Assembly: GCA_033442325.1 (NCBI GenBank)
Contig: JAWQFM010000004.1
Span: forward strand, 2,260,458-2,324,457
Length of the DNA: 64,000 nucleotides
Source: Salpingoeca rosetta
Lineage: Eukaryota > Protista > Choanoflagellata
Direction: 5' to 3'
This document shows, in pieces, positions 13,101 through 45,384 of this stretch. Under the pieces are notes generated by a model. It was not told the DNA's origin. It was given only the letters and a program-made list of their open reading frames with translations, and did no database searches. A program made the translations under genes and the position numbers. Numbering within the stretch: the stretch's first letter is position 1; every line of letters begins with the position of its first letter.

Positions 13101-14366
13101 TCATGCGTCGCCATTATCCTTGCCGATGTCTTGTGTGCTGTCATCCTTGGTCACATCTTCCCGCTTGTCCTCCTTCTCATCATCATCATCATCATCATCA
13201 TCACCAGCATCAGCGTCACTGGCCGTCCGTCCATCCTCGCCACCATCGCCATCGTTGTTCGTCACGGTCTTGCTCGGCCAAGAGAACTCAAACAGCACCT
13301 GCACATTCTCGTGCAGTTCGTTGAAGTGCAACTCCAGTTCTTGTTCGTCCCCGCTCACCTGAACAAGATCGAATGGGGAGGTGTTGGGGGTTGGTGTGGG
13401 TATGATGTGAGATGCGCACGTGTGCTTTGATTGCGAGAGAGAGGGAAGAGGGGGGGGGGGGTGGAGGGATGGGAGACACGAGGACAGAGGCACATGGACG
13501 CAGGCAGGCATGCAGGCAGAAAGAACAATGCGGGGGAGCAAAAAGCATACACACACTCAAACACACACATACACATGTGCACACACGCATGCACAACATC
13601 GTAGACGGACCAGTGGGTTTGCTTTGTATTCTGGCTTGAGTGGCGCAATCTTGCACTCGAGCCCGCAGTCTCTCAGCGCTGTGATGAACTCCTTTGCGCC
13701 CTTGCTGTTGGCGGTGGATGTGGTGGTGAATGTGGTGGTGGTGCAGCTGTGAGTGTTTTCGGCAGAGGTAACGAGCAAGAGATCACAACGACAGTCGCAA
13801 ACAAACACAAACAAACAAACAAACAAACAAACAAACAAACAAACAAACAAACAAACAAACAAACAAACAAACAAACAAGGCTGCTTGCATGCACGAACCG
13901 TTTTCCGCCAGAGACGTAAAAGAAAGTGCCATGTGGTGCCAGGCAGCGGCGAACAAGATTGCACAATGGCGCAACAAGAGGCGTGTCGTAAACCAAATCG
14001 CACCCAAGCAGCACATCAAACTGGCACAGGTTTCCATCCTACCCAAGCAAATACACGTTGTCATGGTGGTGGTGGTGGTGGTGGTGAGACTCGAGAGAAT
14101 GGTGGAACGGGTGGGGATGGATTGCAGACGGAGGAAGTGTGTGCTGGGGGAGGGAGCGAGTCGTTACAAAAAAACCAAGGCTCAACCAGGCACACGTGTG
14201 CTGGTGCACACATGTTGGCACATGTCCATGCATTGCTCACTTACGCTCTCGTGCAGCCACGTGTTCTCGTTGTTCCAATCCAGCGCGTGCACGTGGCCCT
14301 GTTGTGAACGAAAACGTACACGTGAGCAGCAGGAGTGTAGCCAGGATATGTGTGTGTGTGTGTGTG

Positions 14367-14451
<85 letters not shown>

Positions 14452-14626
14452 TGTGTGTATGTGTGTGTGTGTGTGTGTTCGGTTTGGGGGGGGGGAGGGC
14501 ACCGAGTCATGTCCATGATGAGCATCAGCGTACCCGCTCTGTCAGTGTTGGGATGTGAGCATTGATGGAGAGGTTGTGCCTGGGAGAACAAACGACAGAA
14601 GAACAAGCAGTGAGCCCAAAGTTACG

Positions 14627-14719
<93 letters not shown>

Positions 14720-15341
14720 TTGGCATAAACCGGAGTGCTGGTCTCACTTGATGTTGTCGACGGTGTGGGAAAAGTAGTCTGTGATGACAACCTGGAGGTG
14801 TGAACCATCGCAGCACAGTGGGCCGAGGTTCCACATGAGGACACTGGAGGTGGACACAGGGGGGGGGAAGAAAGGTCGCAATACCGCATGGACGCACAGC
14901 GATACAAGCACTAACACACACACACACACACACACACATACACACACACACACACAGACACACATACACACACACATACACACACACACATACACACATA
15001 CACACACATACACACACACACAGACACACGCACACACACGAGCGTGCGCACCTGCTTTGCATGAGTGTATGCGAGGGCAGCGAGACCCGGCAGACCGCAG
15101 CCGGCACCGAGCTCAAGCACACGCGCACCATCAAGACGCGCAGCAACGTCAACCACCCACCTGCACACACACATATATGAATACACGTGCACACACACGC
15201 ACACATGAGCATGCACGCACACGCATACATGCACGCACGAATCAAAGTTGAAAGGTGATGTGTTGGTGCTGGCGTTGTTCGCGTGTGACAGCAGGGGGAT
15301 GGTAGATACGAAGCAAGTGGTTCTGTGTGTGTGTGTGTATG

Positions 15342-15383
<42 letters not shown>

Positions 15384-15550
15384 GTCATGGGAGGACCACT
15401 GAAACATACGCGTTAGCGAGCACGGCATTTCACCATACATTCACGTGCATGCACACACATACACACATACACACGCACCGAGCAGCGATGAGCGACGCAG
15501 CCCACAGTTGAATGCCAGTGGTGTCATCTTCTGGCATGTCGCCGAACACC

Positions 15551-15581
<31 letters not shown>

Positions 15582-16679
15582 ATGGTGAGTGATAATGGTG
15601 ATGATGATATGGGACACAACCAGTCACTGCTGGCAAGCATTGCACCAGCACACACAAACATACACACATACACACACACATACATACACACACACACACA
15701 TCACCACGACACCAGGTAAGGCGCACCTTGCCGAACCAATCGGTTGCAATTTCGCGCACGTGCACCTCGGGTCCGTCTGGTGAAAACCTCATGTCGTGCG
15801 TGTGTGTCTGCAGCACTTGACTTGATTCCGCAGTGTCATCGCGGCCGGCGGTGCTCTTGCTGTCTGATGCGTCTGATGTTGCCTTGTCCTGTTGTGCCGT
15901 GCTGGCTGTGGCTGTGGCATCGTCTTCCTTCTTCTTGGACGCGTCCTGCTTCTGCTTCTTCCCCTTTTGCTGTGGCTTCTTCTTGCTGGCGGCGGTACCT
16001 TTCTTTGCTCCACTGCCACTGCCACCTTTACCACTGCTGCCGTCCTTGCCCTCCTCCTCGAGTGCAGCTGCGCTCGGGTGCTCCAGCACCAACTTCAGAA
16101 TCTGCTGGTCCTGCGCATTGAACGCTTCCGTCACAGCGCTCTTGCCTGCAAGACAGTGGATGTCAGTGAGATTGTGAGATTGTGAGATTGTGAGATTGTG
16201 AGATTGCACAGCAACGTTCGAGTGGGCAGTACGGGGGACAGTGAACAATCAACGGTGAAGAAGTCCACGACAAGGCAAACGACCACGATACATAAGACGA
16301 ACATCATGTGCACCATGAACATGACGTCAATGACGAGCAAGGCAAAGAAAATGAACATCCGCCAGTGCAACTGGCCCAAGGCAGGTGATTTAGAGCAAGC
16401 AGACACATGGGCGATATTCTTCTCGAGGCAATGTCGTGAGGAAGGCGAGACAGCGAGATGGAACGACGCACCAAACTCGTTGGTTTGCAGCACGTTCACT
16501 TCCGGGTACGACTTCATGAGAAGCTGGACGACATCTGCAGCCTTGTTTTGGATGGCCCAGTGCAGCGGAAGGTTGCCGCTGTTGTTGGGAAGGTAAGGAC
16601 ACTTCTTCTTCACCAAGTATTCCGCGCAATCCATCAAGCCATTCGCCGCAGCATAGTGCAGCGCTGTCCACAAGTGTGC

Positions 16680-16738
<59 letters not shown>

Positions 16739-17043
16739 CGAGTGTGTGTGTGTGTGTGGTTGGGTTGTGAGTCTCAGTGAGAAGCCCGTGGCATATGCGA
16801 GAGACGCAAGAGACACAGCATGAGCACTACATCCACACAATATCACGCACTCTCATGCAGCATCTCTGACACTCATACAGCATCTCACCACGCACACCAC
16901 GCACCGGTGTTGCCCATGCCGTCTTTGCTGTCCACTGGCACGCCCAGCTCGATGAGCTCCTTCATCTCGTCCACCTCGCCGTATCGGGCGCACAGCAGCA
17001 TCTCTTCCACATCCTCCTCCGTCACACTTCTCTTCTCCGCCAT
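13101..17043 (-). CDS. Ankyrin-repeat (Yar1-like) + Methyltransf_16/METTL21-family SAM-dependent protein methyltransferase fusion
   Basis: Ankyrin motifs EMLLCARYGE, GNTALHYAAANG, GNLPLHWAIQN, NEFGKSAVTEA. Methyltransferase motifs DTTGIQLWAAS, VLELGAGCGLPG, VVITDY, LDW, LLGCDLVY. The ankyrin and methyltransferase parts are linked through the 16150-15725 exon. Acidic C-terminus, stop at 13101. Confidence 0.85.
13799..13877. repeat. (CAAA)n tetranucleotide microsatellite, intronic
   Basis: Directly visible. Confidence 0.95.
16166..16207. repeat. (GTGAGATT)n octamer tandem repeat near an intron 3' end
   Basis: Directly visible, about 5 copies. Confidence 0.85.
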
Positions 17044-17224
17044 GGCTGCTCGCTTGCTTGCTTGCTTGCTGGTTGGATGTGCGTGAGTGTGCGTGCGAGT
17101 GTGCAAGTGTGTGTGCGCTCTTGGGTCAACGTGGGTGGCGCAAAGTCCTGAATATTTGTGAATATTTTCCACAAACAATCGTCACACAAAGGACGTTGCT
17201 GACTGCCAAGCAACAAGGAGGAAG
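17044..17224. promoter_or_regulatory. Very short bidirectional promoter region (181 bp ATG to ATG)
   Basis: Divergent starts at 17043 (-) and 17225 (+), with AT-rich GAATATTT repeats in the middle. Confidence 0.5.
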
Positions 17225-17649
17225 ATGCTGAGGCGACGAACGAGACCCGGCGAGAACGGGGCTGCTGGCGACGAAGGTGATGGTGGGCAAGGCGGTGTGA
17301 GGAGGGATCAGCCCAAGAGGCAAGAGAAACAGGAACAGGGTGACGACAAACAACAGCAACGGCAACTGCAAGAGGGCGGAGACCGCGAACGCGAGGCCAC
17401 GACGAGGCGGCAAGCTGCGCATCAACAACAGCAACAAAAGGGTTCCACATGGACTGTGGAGATTGTGCGGGGCGTGGTGTTGTTGGTCATCTTCTTTGCC
17501 ATCTTCCTTCCGCTTCAGTGGTATGTCCTCGACCCTTGGCGTGGCATTTCGAACGCATCTCACGAGTCAGCTCGCCAGAAGGTCTTGGACGTCATTTGCC
17601 CTCCAGGTGCGGTGTGTGTGTGTGTGTGTGCGTGCGTGTGTGTGTGTGT

Positions 17650-17718
<69 letters not shown>

Positions 17719-17912
17719 TTGTTGTGTTGCGTGGACCTCGTGCGGGAATCGCGTTGCTGATTCACATGTATGCATCTCCCGTGGATGTATTGTGTTGACA
17801 TGGACGCTGATGATGCGAGCAACTCACACGACAAGGTTTACCTCTCTGTTTCTGGTTCACAGATGTTGACTGCAATCACGGTGACATCAATCTGGACAAG
17901 CTCGCACCATGA
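17225..17912 (+). CDS. Small single-pass membrane protein (~143 aa), unknown function
   Basis: Exon 17225-17606 (charged N-terminus, TM VVLLVIFFAIFLPLQWYVL), a GT-repeat intron, then exon 17863-17912 (DVDCNHGDINLDKLAP*). Divergent from the ankyrin-methyltransferase gene. Confidence 0.6.
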
Positions 17913-18014
17913 CTTTGAGGGCCGCCTTTTTCTTGGGGTGTTTAATGTGTCAAACGAGGCGCACAAGCACACTGAAACGAAGCAGCAAGCACTAGTCGAG
18001 TTCGGTAACCCTTT

Positions 18015-18424
18015 TCACTCCTCCTCATCGTCTTCCTCCAACTCAACAACATCGTCGTCGTCTTCCTCGTCGATCTCCTCCACCCCACCATCAACGTCAT
18101 GGTCCTCGTCGTAGTCACCTTCGTCTTCATCGTCGTCACCAACAATGGACTCCTCTCCAAGTTCGACACCCTCAGCGTCGTCAACATACGCGGTAACATC
18201 GTCGTCGTCGTCGTCTTTCTCATCCTCGTCATCACCATCGATCTCCTGTTTGCCGTGATCAGTGGATGGTGGATGGCGGGCGTGAGCGGAGCAGCCGCAG
18301 ACGTCGAGATGAAGGTGAAGTTGAGAGCAAACAGACAGAGCCACCAGTAATCGAGAGCGCTCTCCCTACCACCACCATAACCACCATAACCACCACTACC
18401 ACTGCACCACTGCATGAGCAAGGC

Positions 18425-18463
<39 letters not shown>

Positions 18464-20001
18464 CTGGATAAGCTCCATGGCTTCGCGGTCCATTTGTTCG
18501 CGTCGTCTTCGCTCCCGCTCGCGTCTTCGCTCCTCCGCTGTCATCGGCACACCACCACCACCACCACCATCACCACCACTGCTATCGTCTTGATCGCCAC
18601 TGCCAGTGCCCGGATGCTGCTGGCTGTCCGCGCGTGTTCCGCCCGTGCTGCCGCTGCTGTCTTCATCGTTGCTGGGCTGCTTCCGGCGCTGTCTCCGTGA
18701 TGATGACGATGATGATGATGATGATGATGAGCGAATGTCCGGACGAACAGACGACCACTTGAGCAGCGCATCGTTCTCGAGCACCTGGTGTTGATGGCGA
18801 CGGAAAGCAGCAGTTTGGGTGGGGGAGGGGGATGGATGTGAGGTGGACATGTGGGTGTCTACTTATGCACTTGTGCACTTGTGCACTTGTGTGTATGGGG
18901 GGGGGGACAGGTGTGGTTGCATGTGCGCGCGTGTGCACGTGTGCCCCTGCACGCGCGTGCGCCTTGCATCCATATCCACTTCCACTTCGCTTGCACTTGC
19001 ACGTGTCATGCATCCACACCCATTGCTGCCTCCAACCTCGTGGATGTGGTCTGCCAGCTGCATTGCGTTGATCGACCCGCCATAAACAGACACGCCAAAC
19101 TGTACAAACCAACAGCAGCACACACGTGGTGGTGATGTTGTGAGAGATCCGGGGGGGGGGAGGGGTACATGATGACATGGATCAATGGTGCTGTGTTGAC
19201 GAGTGGAAGACACGAAATCCAGCGACTTTCAACGCATAAAACACAACACGCAATATATTTCATTGTCACCACAGCCAGTACAGTCATCACAGCAATCCAT
19301 ACCATCAACCACAGTCGGGTTCAGTCACAACAACACCGCCACCATATAAGGCATGTTCATCGTGAACATTGGTGCCTATGATAGTACCTTGTTGCTTGTT
19401 GCGTTTCGTTTGCGCACAACGAAGATGGTGGGCGTTTCGCTTTTCTCAATGTTCGCAGCCCGGCTCTCCGCAACGCCTGTGGTGGTGGTGGTGATGGTGG
19501 TGGTGTGAGTCGGGGAGAGTTGTATGTGACACACAGACACACACAGACACACACACACGCACGCACACACACACACACACAGACACACACACACACACAC
19601 GCACACACACATACGCACACACACACACACATGCAGTAAGTTTATGCGCCAAATGAACACTCACCAAGATGGAGGCGGGATTTGGACGTGTCGATGGATA
19701 CAAACGAGACCGTGCGGTGCTGTGTATGTGGGGCAAAGAGTAGGGATGAAGATGCATCATGAGACACTTGCCATGTCATGACATGGTGGGCACATCGCAA
19801 CACGCACAAATATGCATACGTTCACCACACCACAACACACCCACACAGAGACACACGCATCAACGCACCTGCTCCATGGCTTTGTACAATTCTGTAGTCG
19901 TTGATGTGTCCAGTGGTCCTTTGTGGGCGACAATGACACATGCCTTCTTCCTACAGTCGCCAACACGCAAGGTGAAGAATGTGTGTGTGTGTGTGTGTGT
20001 G

Positions 20002-20068
<67 letters not shown>

Positions 20069-20288
20069 TGTGGTGGGATGTGGCCTGAAGCCAGGGGATG
20101 GGGTTTGCCTGCAAGCAATCACGCAAGCATTGCTCAGTCCCTACCGTGTGCACTGCTCCTGGAACTTTTGACTCGTGCGCGGCTCGTACAACCTCAGCTG
20201 TGGTGCGGTGCGACAGCACAAGAGCGTGTAAGTGTACGCACGGAAGAAGCTTGGAGAGAGATGGAGACAGAAAACAGGGTAACGGAGC

Positions 20289-20327
<39 letters not shown>

Positions 20328-20670
20328 ATACATGCATGCACGCACACGCACGCACACACACACACACACGTGCGTATCCGAGGCACTACAGCGTTGAGCT
20401 TACCCGAGTAAACGAGTCCACAAAGGAGATGAGTCCAGTGCCCGTCTGCATACGGCAATGCCGAACACGCATTGGTGATCGGGATGGGTGAGCTGTGGTG
20501 GTGGTGATGTCCAAGACAAGACGCCAATTGAACAGGTGAAGAGCACGCGCCGCGGTGGTGAACATGGAGTGCTCACCTTGGTGTACGTGCGTGGCACCTG
20601 CTTTGCCTTCTTCCCGTTGCCAGTTGCCACAATGACGGGCTTGCTCTTCAGATCAATCCCAAACCTGTGC

Positions 20671-20701
<31 letters not shown>

Positions 20702-21528
20702 TGTGTGTGTGTGTGTGAACGCGTGTTATCGATAGCTCGCTCGCGAGCACACAGTTGGCTGCCTATGCAAACACTTCTTCTGTGCACGTACCTTGATGCC
20801 ACTGTCTTCCCAGACGGCAGCTTGCTCCCGCAGTTGAGTTGTCCAAAGCTGACACCGCGCTTCGAGAGTGACTTCATGGCGTCCGTGAACTCTTTTGGTG
20901 GCTCGGGTGCTGCAAGCACACGAATTGACATGCGTGTGGACAAGAAGCGTGCGTTGCGTGTGTTGGGTGCGTTGCGTGCGTTGCGTGCGTGGGTTGACGA
21001 TGATAACAAGCAGGTAGGCAAGCACACACACACACACACATACACACAACACACAACACAACACAACACAACACAACACAACACAACACAACACAACACA
21101 ACACAACACAACACAACACAACACAACACAACACAACACAACACAACACAACACAACACAACACAACACAACACAACACAACACAACACAACACAACACA
21201 ACACAACACAACACAGCACAACACAATGCAGCACGTGCAGTGTCGCACCTCGCTTGGAGCTGCAGTAGACCATCCACGGCTCGCCAGACAGGAAGACGCG
21301 CTGCATCTGCGACTGGTCGCTGGCATCGAGCAGCTGCACGTGCGGTCCCATCCAATACAGTACCAGGCCAGCCACGCCAGCGAGCCCCAGCACGGCAGCG
21401 AGCAGCAGCATGCCCACCTGCGCCGGGCTGCGACCGCCGCCATGTCCGCCATGTCCGCCAGCCGCCACTGGCCTCCTCGCTGCCGCCGATGGCTGCTGCT
21501 GCCCCTTACCAACTCGCCTCCTCACCAT
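18015..21528 (-). CDS. Type II membrane protein with probable non-catalytic thioredoxin/PDI-like fold(s) and a very acidic C-terminus
   Basis: N-terminal TM (MLLLAAVLGLAGVAGLVLYW), then VFLSGEPWMVYC...GVSFGQLNC...FGI...PVIV, a thioredoxin-like pattern with no CxxC. Later ACVIVAH, an EERRRERERRRREQM helix and a D/E-rich tail. Internal exon boundaries only partly resolved. Confidence 0.55.
21051..21225. repeat. (ACACA)n pentanucleotide microsatellite, intronic
   Basis: Directly visible. Confidence 0.95.
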
Positions 21529-21943
21529 GATGCTCTGCTGTCCACTGCTGCTGCTGCTTTGTGTTGTGTTGTGGTTTGTTGAATGGTGTTGTTGTTGCTG
21601 GTGTGTGTTACTGTCCTTCCTTCTTTGTTGACCTTCGCTGTCACGTGTGTTGTCTGACCTAATATGGTTTCATTCTCGTCACCCAACGATATGCACAGTG
21701 CACACACGCACACGCCAAGCAAGTGGTTGTGGCTGTGGCTGCCCGCCTCTCCTGTCTGTTCATCTGACTCTCACTCCCACTCTGTGTACAGCAACACAGA
21801 CAAACACGCGGACAAGTTACAAAGACATGATGGTGTGACATGACCACAAATACTATGTATCACCAATCACCACAACAGCTTGCCACGGCACCACCACCAC
21901 CACCACTACCTATCACCACCATTCCTGCCATCACGGGCGACAG

Positions 21944-28278
<6,335 letters not shown>

Positions 28279-28889
28279 GGCTGGCAGGATGGCAAGATGC
28301 GCAGCGCAACTACTCTGTTGTTGTATGCGCGACCTCGTCCGTTCTGGCAAGTAAGAAAGAAATACCCACGTTCAGCGTGGTTAGGGAGATGGAGAGAGAA
28401 GTAGAAAGAAGTGGAGGGAGATGAAGAGAAGTGGAGAGAGATGGAGAGAAGTGGAGAGATGCAAATGGAGAGGCAAGGTGGGGTGTATCAGATCGCCATC
28501 AGCATCAGCATCACCTTCAAGCAATCCACGAAGGCTGTTGTTGTGTTGTGCGAGAAAATGATGGGATGTGACACACTGACTTACTTGGGAGGTGTGGTGA
28601 GGCTTTCCCCTTGTCAGTACCAAAAGCCTCTCATGCGTGTGCCTTTCTGTTGTGTCCGCAGCTGTTGTGTCCGCAGACCTTTATGCTGTGTCCGCTCTGT
28701 GTGTGTGACGTCGCACACAACAGCCGCAGGCAGTCAAGTCAGTGCGACCAAGCAAGTGAATGTGTGTCTTGGGAGGTCGGAACGCGAACGTCGCTCACGT
28801 TTCCTCTCTTTCCGTGTGTCGCTGTCGTCACTCAGCGCAGAACAAAAACTTGCTGAGTCAGCACGATGGGATACAACTTTTTGTGTATG

Positions 28890-28983
<94 letters not shown>

Positions 28984-29385
28984 GTGTGTGTGTGTGTGTG
29001 TGTGTGTGTGTCTGTGTGTGTGTGTCTGTGTGTGTGTGTGTGTGTGTGTGTCTGTGTGTGTGTGTCTGTGTGTGTGTGTGTGTGTGTCTGTACACTTTCA
29101 CTTGCTGCCTTCTTCCTCTTCTTGTGTATTGTTTGCCGACACAAGACGTTACGCACGATGAGGTGAGGTTGATTGGAACGACAACTTCAAGACTTCAGCA
29201 GCAAAGCCGTCGTCGCAGAAGGAAGAAGGGACGAAGGTTCGGTAACAGAGGCAGAGAGATGACACAACGCTGACGCAAGCAGCGTGAGGAGAAAGGAGAA
29301 TGCGCGAAACACACACACACACACAACCAATAACAGTTGTAACTGCAGCAAAACCAACCAACAGCACTACAGCAACAACTACTGC

Positions 29386-29417
<32 letters not shown>

Positions 29418-29451
29418 GCAACAGAACCTGCAGCAAAACAAACAACAAGAA

Positions 29452-41352
<11,901 letters not shown>

Positions 41353-41410
41353 CCCCTCGGTTGTTGATGGCGATGAAAGCAAACGCTGGAAAGTGGTGCG
41401 GTGAGTGCTC

Positions 41411-41446
<36 letters not shown>

Positions 41447-41980
41447 CGACTTAGAGCTTTGTATGGGGGCGGTGTCTGTTTGTTTGTTTGCATTTCGATC
41501 ACGCGATTGCCGCCGTTGCGTGGTCGCCGACGGTGGCGTGAGGGTGGGTTGAACTGCAGAAACGCGGAACGCAAGGCGTCGAGTGGGTTGCCGATCGTTG
41601 GCGAATGGACCACCCTCATTACTCGCGTTAGTGCGGATTGAAGGTCTTGCGACTGAATTGACGAAAATTAACTGATAATATATGCAATACTGCAGACTAC
41701 TTGCCCAAAAAATGCTCGAGCAACGATAACGACAGGATTGCCTTGCTTCTTGCGTGAGTGCGCAACAGCCACACCCATCCGCCAGCGTTGCCTGCTGACG
41801 TTGTCGCGAAAGCCCACACGACGATCACGCCACTCCCAGCAACCTCAACTGGACCACACCCAGTCACATTCATCCAAACACAAACAAACAAACAGAAGAC
41901 AACACAAACTACAGGTTCATTCTTCATTTGGTTGCTTGGCCATTCACCAAGCAGAGTGGGCAGGGCCACGAATCAAGATC
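41353..41980. promoter_or_regulatory. Probable bidirectional promoter region of the two dermatopontin-domain genes
   Basis: About 630 bp between divergent ATGs, with an AT-richer core near 41650-41700. Confidence 0.5.
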
Positions 41981-42103
41981 ATGACGGTGCCACAACCAGC
42001 AGCGATCGCGTTGGTGCTGCTGGCAATGCTCGTCGCACCACCACCAGTTCACGCCGTCACGTACTCGAACAACTTTGTGAGTGTGCAATTTTCTGTGTGT
42101 GCT

Positions 42104-42161
<58 letters not shown>

Positions 42162-45100
42162 GTCTGTCTGTCTGTTTGTTGTTGTTCTGTGTGTGCTTTT
42201 GTGTGTGCGTGTGCCTTTGTGTGTGCGTGTGCTTTTGTGTGTGCGTGTGTTATTGTGTGTGTGTGTGTGCGTGTGTTATTGTGTGTGTGTGTGTGTGTAT
42301 GTGTGTGGTGGAATCCTTTTCCCACAAGCGCCAGCACAAACCCACCCTGAGTACGTTAACGCGACACCCGCTGCCTTGTTAACCTTCTTCCTCGTCTTAC
42401 AGGACCAACCTCTCAGCTACAATTGCCCCAGTGGCCAAGGCATCAGCCAGATCTACAGCTACCACGACGTGCGTGTGCTAACACAGCACATGCTGCGAAT
42501 GCACATGCGTCCTCAACACCTGCTGAAGTGTGTGCGTGCACGAGTTCCTTCCGTTCTCTTCTTCCCATCACTTGATAGACTCACCTAGCCTGCATTTTCC
42601 CTCTTTCTCTCCCTTTGCCTTCGTACCTTCATGTGGTGTGCGACAGAATGGAAAAGAGGATCGCCGCTGGGGGTTTGAGTGCACCTCGTATGGGGCTGGT
42701 GCCTCGAGTGTAACCACAACCACAAATTACCTCAACAACTTTGACCAACCCGTGGACTATCTCTGCAACACAAACCAATGTGCGATCCATGTGTGTGTGT
42801 GTGTGTGTGTCTGCGTCTGTGTTTGTGTGTCTATGTGAGTGTGCGTTGTGGAAGTGAGCCCGTTTACGTGGGTGTCCTGTGTCAGTGACTCACCTGTTCT
42901 CTCGCCAGACTTGGTTTCGCTCACAATGATTTGCCCAACCATTTCCTATCCGCAGTTCTCGACGGTGTTTACAGCTACCACGATAACGGCCCAGGTGTGT
43001 GTGTGTATGTGTGTGTGTGTGTGCATGCTTGCTTTTGTTATCTCTGTCATGATCGCACCGATTCAAAAATACATCGTTCATCACCAACCCCTGAGTTGAT
43101 GCCTGTCACCGCTCACCTCCCCGTCTTCCATACATGCATGTGCACGTGTGGCCGGTGTTGCGCTGATGTACGCTTCTGTTTTCCATGTGTTGTCCTTGCA
43201 TCTCGTGGCGTTTGCAGAGGACCGCAGGTGGAAGTTCAGGTGCCGCGGAGTTATTGGCGCAAAGCTCACCGGCTGCGCAAAGACGTCGTATCAGAACAAC
43301 TACGGTAATGCCTGCTTGTGTGATCGTGTGCTTTCCTGCTTACTTACGCGCACGCACGCATGCATGCCTGCTTGCCTGCACGTTGCAACACACCCGCCAA
43401 CCCTTGCAACAATAACATCGACCATCACACAAACAAGACCTCACACAACACCACATGACCAATCCTCAACCCCCACGCTCCAATCATGCCACAACTATCA
43501 AATGCAGACCAACCAATCAGTTTCACCGTTCGCGACGGCTACGCCATTGGTGGTAGGTGTATGCTGTATGTGTGTGCACGCACGCTGATGCGAGTCTGTA
43601 TCCGTGTATATCTTCAAGATGGCTTGCTCTGACTTGCTTCCTGACAACCGCTCCTCTCTTTAATGCGTGTCGATTCGCCCTCATGTCTGCCCTTTCCTTT
43701 GGTTCTGTGCTGCACGGTACAGGTCTGGCAAGCGTGCACGACAACGGCCCAGAGGACCGTGTGTGGCAAGTGTATCAATGTCAGGTGGGTACGCAACACT
43801 ACGCTATCACCATTTACTGAAACCACAACACGGCCATCACCACTCCCACTGCAACCACAACGAACGCCACCCGCGTTCACTTTCCCCGCTCGAATGCTTC
43901 TTCGACTACTGCTTGCTGCTGAAAGTGATGAGACGGTAATGGTTGGCGAGATGGATATACACAGCCGCAACACTGTGTCGCAACACTCACCCACGTTGCT
44001 CGCCATGCTGTGCGTACACACGACTGCATTGCTTCGCTGCTCGCAGATTGACTGTGACTCTGACAACGGCTACGTGAGCAGCGGCACGTTTGGCTGCGAA
44101 AGTGAGTGGTGACACTTAGCATGCGCGGTGTGTGCCCCTGTTATCGCTCCATGCGATGGCAACTCCCTTTCTCACTGTATCCTCTGTCATACACGTGATG
44201 TATAAATGCCACTGTGCACATGTGTCGCGTTGTCCAGAGGTGAGCTGCGGTGCGCTATCGCTGACCAATGGCGAGACCAGCGGCGACTGCAGCGGAAACT
44301 TTGGTCAGTTGCAGCACACGATGCACACGATACGACAGTCCCTGAACGTGTGACGATGACCTTGTGTGTGTGTGTGTATTGGTGGCGCATGCATGGCAGA
44401 GTGCACCCTGTGTCAGACGCGCTGACAGACTGTGGTGCGACGCTTTCTTTCTTCTCCGACACAGCACATGCCTACACGCGGCAATGCCTTACTTTCTCCA
44501 CACAACATGGCATGACACGACCCAAAATTGGTGCACGCACGGTCAACCACTGACTTGGTGAAACATTCAGGTGACAAGTGCACGTACAAGTCGTGCAACG
44601 CCGGTTATGAGCTGTCGTCCTCGGGCAGCTTTGGTGCTCGCGAGTGCCGCGTGATTGGCGGAAAGGGCTCGTGGTCCGGCTCCCCGCGCACGTGCGATGA
44701 CATCAACGAGTGTACCTCTGGCACCCATGACTGCGTCTCCCCCGCCAAGTGTGTAAACGACGCTGGCACGTTCCATTGTGACTGTCCTTATGGTGCCCTG
44801 GACGCCACCGGCAAGAAATGCGATGGTACGCACATGCAACAAGCGTTCGTGCGTCTGTGTGTCTGTGTGTCTGTGTGTCTGTGTGTCTGTGTGTCTGTGT
44901 GTGTGCGGCTTTGTGCACTGGCAGTGACTTCATGTTCACAACATTCACTTGAGCGTTCTGTTTGCACCTCATTACTGTCCACCTTCTTCACGTATGTTCT
45001 GTGTCTTATCATGTGATCTTGGGTCTGTCTGTAGTTGGTGGCCCGTCCGCCACCATAACCGCCAGTGCGCTTGAAATCAGCATGGCCATATCGGGTGCAA

Positions 45101-45337
45101 CAGCGTTCCCAAAATACGAGGTATGGCAGTATGACGCGGCATGAAGCGTGCCACACATACATGTCTTTACACGCGAGCGAGTGTTGCACTCCAGTCGTGG
45201 TGGGACTGTGTGTGTATGTGTCTGTCTGTTACATGTGTGTGTGTATGTGTTTGTCTGTTACATGTGTGTGTATGTGTTTGTCTGTTGCGTGTGTGTGTAT
45301 GTGTGTGTCTGTTGCGTGTGTGTATGTGTTTGTCTGT

Positions 45338-45384
<47 letters not shown>

